IMG/VR virus record: IMGVR_UViG_3300043570_000825
Coordinates: 1 to 42,039 of that record
Strand: one strand, 5' to 3'
Origin: a virus
Taxonomy: Duplodnaviria; Caudoviricetes
DNA: 42,039 bases
Shown here: piece by piece, positions 38,539-42,039 of the stretch
Numbering within the stretch: position 1 is the stretch's first letter
How the letters are laid out: every line of letters begins with the position of its first letter
Made by a program: the position numbers and the translations under genes
The notes under the pieces: model-generated
Database searches by the model: none
What the model saw: the letters and a program-made list of their open reading frames with translations, nothing else
What the model was told of the DNA's origin: nothing

Positions 38539-39780
38539 TTAAGATGTTTGGTTTAATTTACTTAAAATATCATTTAGCTTGGATTTTATTTTACTAAAAG
38601 TTGGTAAGTTTTCAGGTCCTATTTTAGATGGGCCTGATGGTGTTAAGTAATTTTGTGCAACTATTGCATCTAATAGTTCTGCTAATATTTCAACTAACTT
38701 CTTTCCTTTAACTAATGGTTCTAATTCAGTATCTCCTAAAAATATAGAACCCTTACCACTATGAATTGCAAAATCTCTATTGTTTGTTACAATATGAATA
38801 TTATCTTTAACGCTTATATCAATACCACCTTTATTATCAATAGACATTGCACCATCTGAAATAAATCCATAATTCTTTTTAGAGTAAAACATCATCTCAC
38901 CAGTCTTTGCTGATAAAATTATTCTACCTGAATTTAAAAGTAGTTGGTCACCAACCAATTTATCAGGATAATTTTCAAAAGATTCAGGCTTTGTTTCAAA
39001 ATCACCCTTACCCTTATCATCAACTTTACCCGGAACAAACCCTAATTGAAATTTATCAGATGTCATAGCTATTATACTACCATCTCTATTTATATCTTCG
39101 TTAGTTACTTGATTATCTAATAATTTTTTAGAATCTGCATTCTCACCATTTCTTATTATAATTGCTGGCGAATATTTCTTTTCATCGTTATTATATCCAG
39201 AAAATCTAATTGATTGTCCAAATCTACTTTCAAATAAAGTATCACCTTCCCATAATTTTAATTTGTGAATACCTTTTTCATATGTAAAGTAATCACCATA
39301 TCCATTATACTTTGAAGTTTCATCTGTATTACTTCTAGCAATTCCGGTAGCTTGTACTTTAGAATATTCTTTTGATTTATCTTCGGTTGCTTCTACTGGA
39401 TTAAATAATTTAGATATATTATTTGGGTCAGCATCTACAAATGGTGATATTTCAGGTCCTATTCTTTTATAATATGTTGTACCACCAGCACCTTTTATAA
39501 TTTCTACTGATTCATTTTTTACCGGTAGTGTTTTTAAATTTTTATCTAATGGATATGCAATAGGTAAGTTTGCCTCATCATTTGATGGTTGGCCTGTTAA
39601 TCTATATTGAATTGCTCCAATAAAAATAGATTCTTTATTTTTTGTATCTTCTCTATTTTTTAAATATGGATGCGTGTCATCTAATATTACACTATAAACT
39701 ACACCTTGCGATTTTGCACCATCAACTCCCGCCGATTGTACTGCCTGTACTGCTGATACGCTTGAATTTTGTAATCCCAT
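38539..39780 (-). CDS. Baseplate central spike-like protein (gp5/Vgr-like), no lysozyme domain visible
   Basis: N-terminal OB-like AYPL...LPVKNESV, EGDTLFESRFGQSIRF, then short beta repeats (LNSGRIILSAK...IDISVKDNIHI); position upstream of gp25 and gp6. Confidence 0.6.
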   Translation of the reverse strand: MGLQNSSVSAVQAVQSAGVDGAKSQGVVYSVILDDTHPYLKNREDTKNKESIFIGAIQYRLTGQPSNDEANLPIAYPLDKNLKTLPVKNESVEIIKGAGGTTYYKRIGPEISPFVDADPNNISKLFNPVEATEDKSKEYSKVQATGIARSNTDETSKYNGYGDYFTYEKGIHKLKLWEGDTLFESRFGQSIRFSGYNNDEKKYSPAIIIRNGENADSKKLLDNQVTNEDINRDGSIIAMTSDKFQLGFVPGKVDDKGKGDFETKPESFENYPDKLVGDQLLLNSGRIILSAKTGEMMFYSKKNYGFISDGAMSIDNKGGIDISVKDNIHIVTNNRDFAIHSGKGSIFLGDTELEPLVKGKKLVEILAELLDAIVAQNYLTPSGPSKIGPENLPTFSKIKSKLNDILSKLNQTS

Positions 39781-39781
39781 C

Positions 39782-40174
39782 TTACTTCATTTTCTTTTTT
39801 AACTCCTCCATTTCAAATTCCAAATCATCCACTCTTTCAACTTCTTCCTTAGTATTTTCTAAATCTCTAAGTAATTGTTCTTTCTCAAATGGTGATAGGA
39901 ATCCTTCTTGACCTTCAGTCTTTTTATCAGCTGCCACAATCTTAGTTGCAATAGCTGCTAACTTAACCAAATGGTCATCGTTTCTAATTGAACTATCTAT
40001 TAGTGAATTAATTAATGGTCCTAAGTTTCCCATATCGCTCGGACTTCTAACCATATTTTTTAAATCATTGATTAAATCGCTGATTCTTGCTTTCTTATGT
40101 ACTTGGTTGTTGTATATATCCTGAAATAACCCATTTAGGGATTTACCTGGAAATAATTCGAAATCATTTGACAT
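39782..40174 (-). CDS. Hypothetical helical protein
   Basis: 130-aa ORF with candidate late motif upstream; 1-nt gap to the next gene. Confidence 0.6.
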   Translation of the reverse strand: MSNDFELFPGKSLNGLFQDIYNNQVHKKARISDLINDLKNMVRSPSDMGNLGPLINSLIDSSIRNDDHLVKLAAIATKIVAADKKTEGQEGFLSPFEKEQLLRDLENTKEEVERVDDLEFEMEELKKKMK

Positions 40175-40200
40175 ATTAATATATTTACATTTTGTATGTA

Positions 40201-40209
40201 TATAAATAT
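40201..40209 (-). promoter_or_regulatory. Candidate late promoter motif ATATTTATA
   Basis: 26 nt upstream of ATG 40174. Confidence 0.65.
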
Positions 40210-40230
40210 GGTTCTATTAAAATGTTGAAA

Positions 40231-41046
40231 TTAAACTGCGATTACCTCAATTGTAATCTTAGGTTGATATCCATCAGGCAGTTGTCTATTGATACCTTTG
40301 AATTCGTTTACTTTGTTCTTAAAGTATGTTATTTGTAATATCTTATCAGTTAGGTTCATTACAGTTTGAGATGATGTAGACATCTCTTTTGTATCTCTTT
40401 TCATATTAAGAGCCGGTCTAGTTGGGAAGTATTCCTTTCTCATAGCTTGTGCTATTGCTTTCCAATCGTCTACCTTATCAACTGATTTCTCTGCTGATAT
40501 CTTTCTCATCTTTGAACTTAGATATTTCTCACCATGTGTATAACCAGCATCGGTGAACATATGTCCGTGATTTGTACGAACAACAGGTGATTCGGAGTTT
40601 TGAAGTTTAACATCCGGCTTATGCTTTGATGTAGTTTCAATACTAACCATATGTTTTGGAGATGATACAAATGTATGTCCTTTTAAAGACATCCCACTCT
40701 TGCCCTTATATGATAGTGTAGCTCGTACTGCATCCATTAGAGTAGGTTGCTTAATAATGTTTCTCATCTTATCACCATCAGGTCCTGGCTTTCCAGCTTT
40801 CTTTACAAGCTTAGCTTCAGCTTCATCATGTCCAACTAATAGTGCTGCGTTTACAACACCGATTCCATTTTCGTTTAAACCTTCACTCCAATCAGTTACT
40901 AAATCGTGCAAATATGCAACTTCTACACCATCGATAATAGTGTGTACGATTTCTAAGTTAGGATTATAAGCTCTATCTCTATTCTTAGCTAGGATAAATT
41001 TATCTTTAATTTCCTTAGATACGATTATGCACTCTAAAAGTTTCAT
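40231..41046 (-). CDS. Ntn (N-terminal nucleophile) cysteine hydrolase, C45/NRDE-like
   Basis: CIIV...LAKNRD, EGLNENGIGVVN, RTNH and TSSQ motifs; Cys at position 6 after MKLLE. Confidence 0.75.
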   Translation of the reverse strand: MKLLECIIVSKEIKDKFILAKNRDRAYNPNLEIVHTIIDGVEVAYLHDLVTDWSEGLNENGIGVVNAALLVGHDEAEAKLVKKAGKPGPDGDKMRNIIKQPTLMDAVRATLSYKGKSGMSLKGHTFVSSPKHMVSIETTSKHKPDVKLQNSESPVVRTNHGHMFTDAGYTHGEKYLSSKMRKISAEKSVDKVDDWKAIAQAMRKEYFPTRPALNMKRDTKEMSTSSQTVMNLTDKILQITYFKNKVNEFKGINRQLPDGYQPKITIEVIAV

Positions 41047-41050
41047 TTTA

Positions 41051-42037
41051 TTATTGGATGTATGCGTTCAATTCATATGAGTTTCTCATACCATAAACCT
41101 GAATCTGAAGTTTCTTTTTTTGAACCTTACCATCTTTAGATAATTCAATACTAAATTTATTAGTCTTGCCTTCCGATGGTTTTCTAGGGCCCATACCTAT
41201 TTGTCTGAAAGAATCATCATCATTTATTTCGTATCCTTTTTTCTCTGCGTATGCTTTAGCTGCTTGGATAGCTGATGTATATGATTTGTGATATACTTCG
41301 TAATCCGATTTTGCTTCACTAACTACTTTCTTACTTGCAAAAGATACGGATGGTATGTTTCCAAATGTTTTATCTATTTTAGAATCAATTCCAAATTTTG
41401 ATTTTAACATCTTTACAACATCATTACCAAATTTTATATCGGTAAGTTTAAGATAAATGTAATTTCTATTAGGTGCGTTTTTGATTTCTCCGCTTACAAA
41501 TTTTGAACCAATTGATTTAACGATATCATCCACTACATCTGCTGCAAGATATCCTTTAAGTTCGGATTCTTTTATTGGATTCATCTTTTCATCCGATACC
41601 CAATATGCCGTTCCACCACCAATTGAATTACGGAACATCTTTTCCATTTTTTCAGCGTATTTTTTAGCATCACTGTATGAATTAAATACTTTTGGCTTAT
41701 TGGTTGTCTTAAATGTGTTTTGGTCAAATTCCTTTTCCAAATCTTTACCCCTTCCTCTACCTAAGTTATACGTTACATAGTATTTCTTTTCGGTTAGAGT
41801 TGCTTCCGTTATAGATTCGTTTGTTGATACGAATAATCTTACTGAAAGAATTACATCTTTACCAATATTTAAACTTCTTACTTTATGTTTTTCTAAATCG
41901 TAAGCCGGATTGAGTACAGTTGCTTTTGCAATTACACCATCTTTAACAAAGTGTGGTTGTAATCCAGAGTAGTTATCATCTCTAAACATAAAAACATCTT
42001 TAGGAGAATCCTTTGATATTTTAATTATTTTCTTTAA
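41051..42037 (-). CDS. Modular hypothetical protein, 5'-truncated by the window edge
   Basis: The frame stays open upstream of the listed ATG at 41989 to the window end (LKKIIKISKDSPKDVFM); ~60-85-aa modules separated by Glu-rich linkers. Confidence 0.65.
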   Translation of the reverse strand, partial: LKKIIKISKDSPKDVFMFRDDNYSGLQPHFVKDGVIAKATVLNPAYDLEKHKVRSLNIGKDVILSVRLFVSTNESITEATLTEKKYYVTYNLGRGRGKDLEKEFDQNTFKTTNKPKVFNSYSDAKKYAEKMEKMFRNSIGGGTAYWVSDEKMNPIKESELKGYLAADVVDDIVKSIGSKFVSGEIKNAPNRNYIYLKLTDIKFGNDVVKMLKSKFGIDSKIDKTFGNIPSVSFASKKVVSEAKSDYEVYHKSYTSAIQAAKAYAEKKGYEINDDDSFRQIGMGPRKPSEGKTNKFSIELSKDGKVQKKKLQIQVYGMRNSYELNAYIQ

Positions 42038-42039
42038 AC

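Noticed and set aside
3084-40209. TATAAATA read as T4 late promoters firing on the plus strand
   Set aside because: They would point antisense into the 3' ends of genes; orientation flips with the one plus-strand gene, so the motif tracks the coding strand as ATATTTATA.
2208-41780. The many short plus-strand ORFs in the track, and the nested minus-strand ORF 25441..25632
   Set aside because: They lie wholly or almost wholly within long, motif-bearing minus-strand genes and have shadow-frame composition with no recognisable motifs or promoters.
1-42039. Stop-codon reassignment, as seen in some large Bacteroidota phages
   Set aside because: Genes are long and tightly packed in the standard code, and TAA, TAG (31043, 35159) and TGA (4677, 18736) all end genes at sensible boundaries.
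1-42039. tRNA, rRNA or other structured RNA genes
   Set aside because: All intergenic gaps are under about 100 nt and very AT-rich; the only GC-rich hairpin found is the terminator at 21498..21523.

Overview
A 42 kb AT-rich segment of a large (jumbo-type) tailed phage genome, densely coding in the standard genetic code and almost entirely on the minus strand. In transcription order (right to left) it holds: a truncated modular protein and an Ntn-hydrolase; a contractile-tail baseplate module (gp5-like spike, two tandem-duplicated M15 peptidoglycan peptidases, gp25-like, gp6-like, DNRLRE-like, a large wedge-like protein, three tail-collar-like proteins); an embedded DNA-metabolism island (GIY-YIG nuclease, primase, single-chain Mre11-Rad50); a 2702-aa tail fibre with an S74 chaperone; a glycosylation cassette (GT4-methyltransferase-GT25-like fusion plus a TibC/Aah-like heptosyltransferase) bracketed by two paralogous coiled-coil genes; and a 1005-aa HxGH nucleotidyltransferase/ligase-like modular protein. 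Two promoter classes are visible. Exact Bacteroidota sigma-A promoters (TTTG-N20-TATATTTG) point to a Bacteroidota host. A motif ATA(T/C)TTATA sits in every other intergenic gap of 25 nt or more and is a candidate late promoter. I also found a 57-aa ribbon-helix-helix gene missing from the ORF track, the only plus-strand gene I can support. The two best candidates for an undescribed system are (1) phage-encoded virion O-glycosylation, with an [ST]-[GA]-S motif enriched in tail proteins, and (2) head-packaged cargo proteins processed at L/I-x-E sites, including an Ntn hydrolase whose catalytic Cys directly follows LLE. All family calls come from motif recognition by eye; no database search was run.
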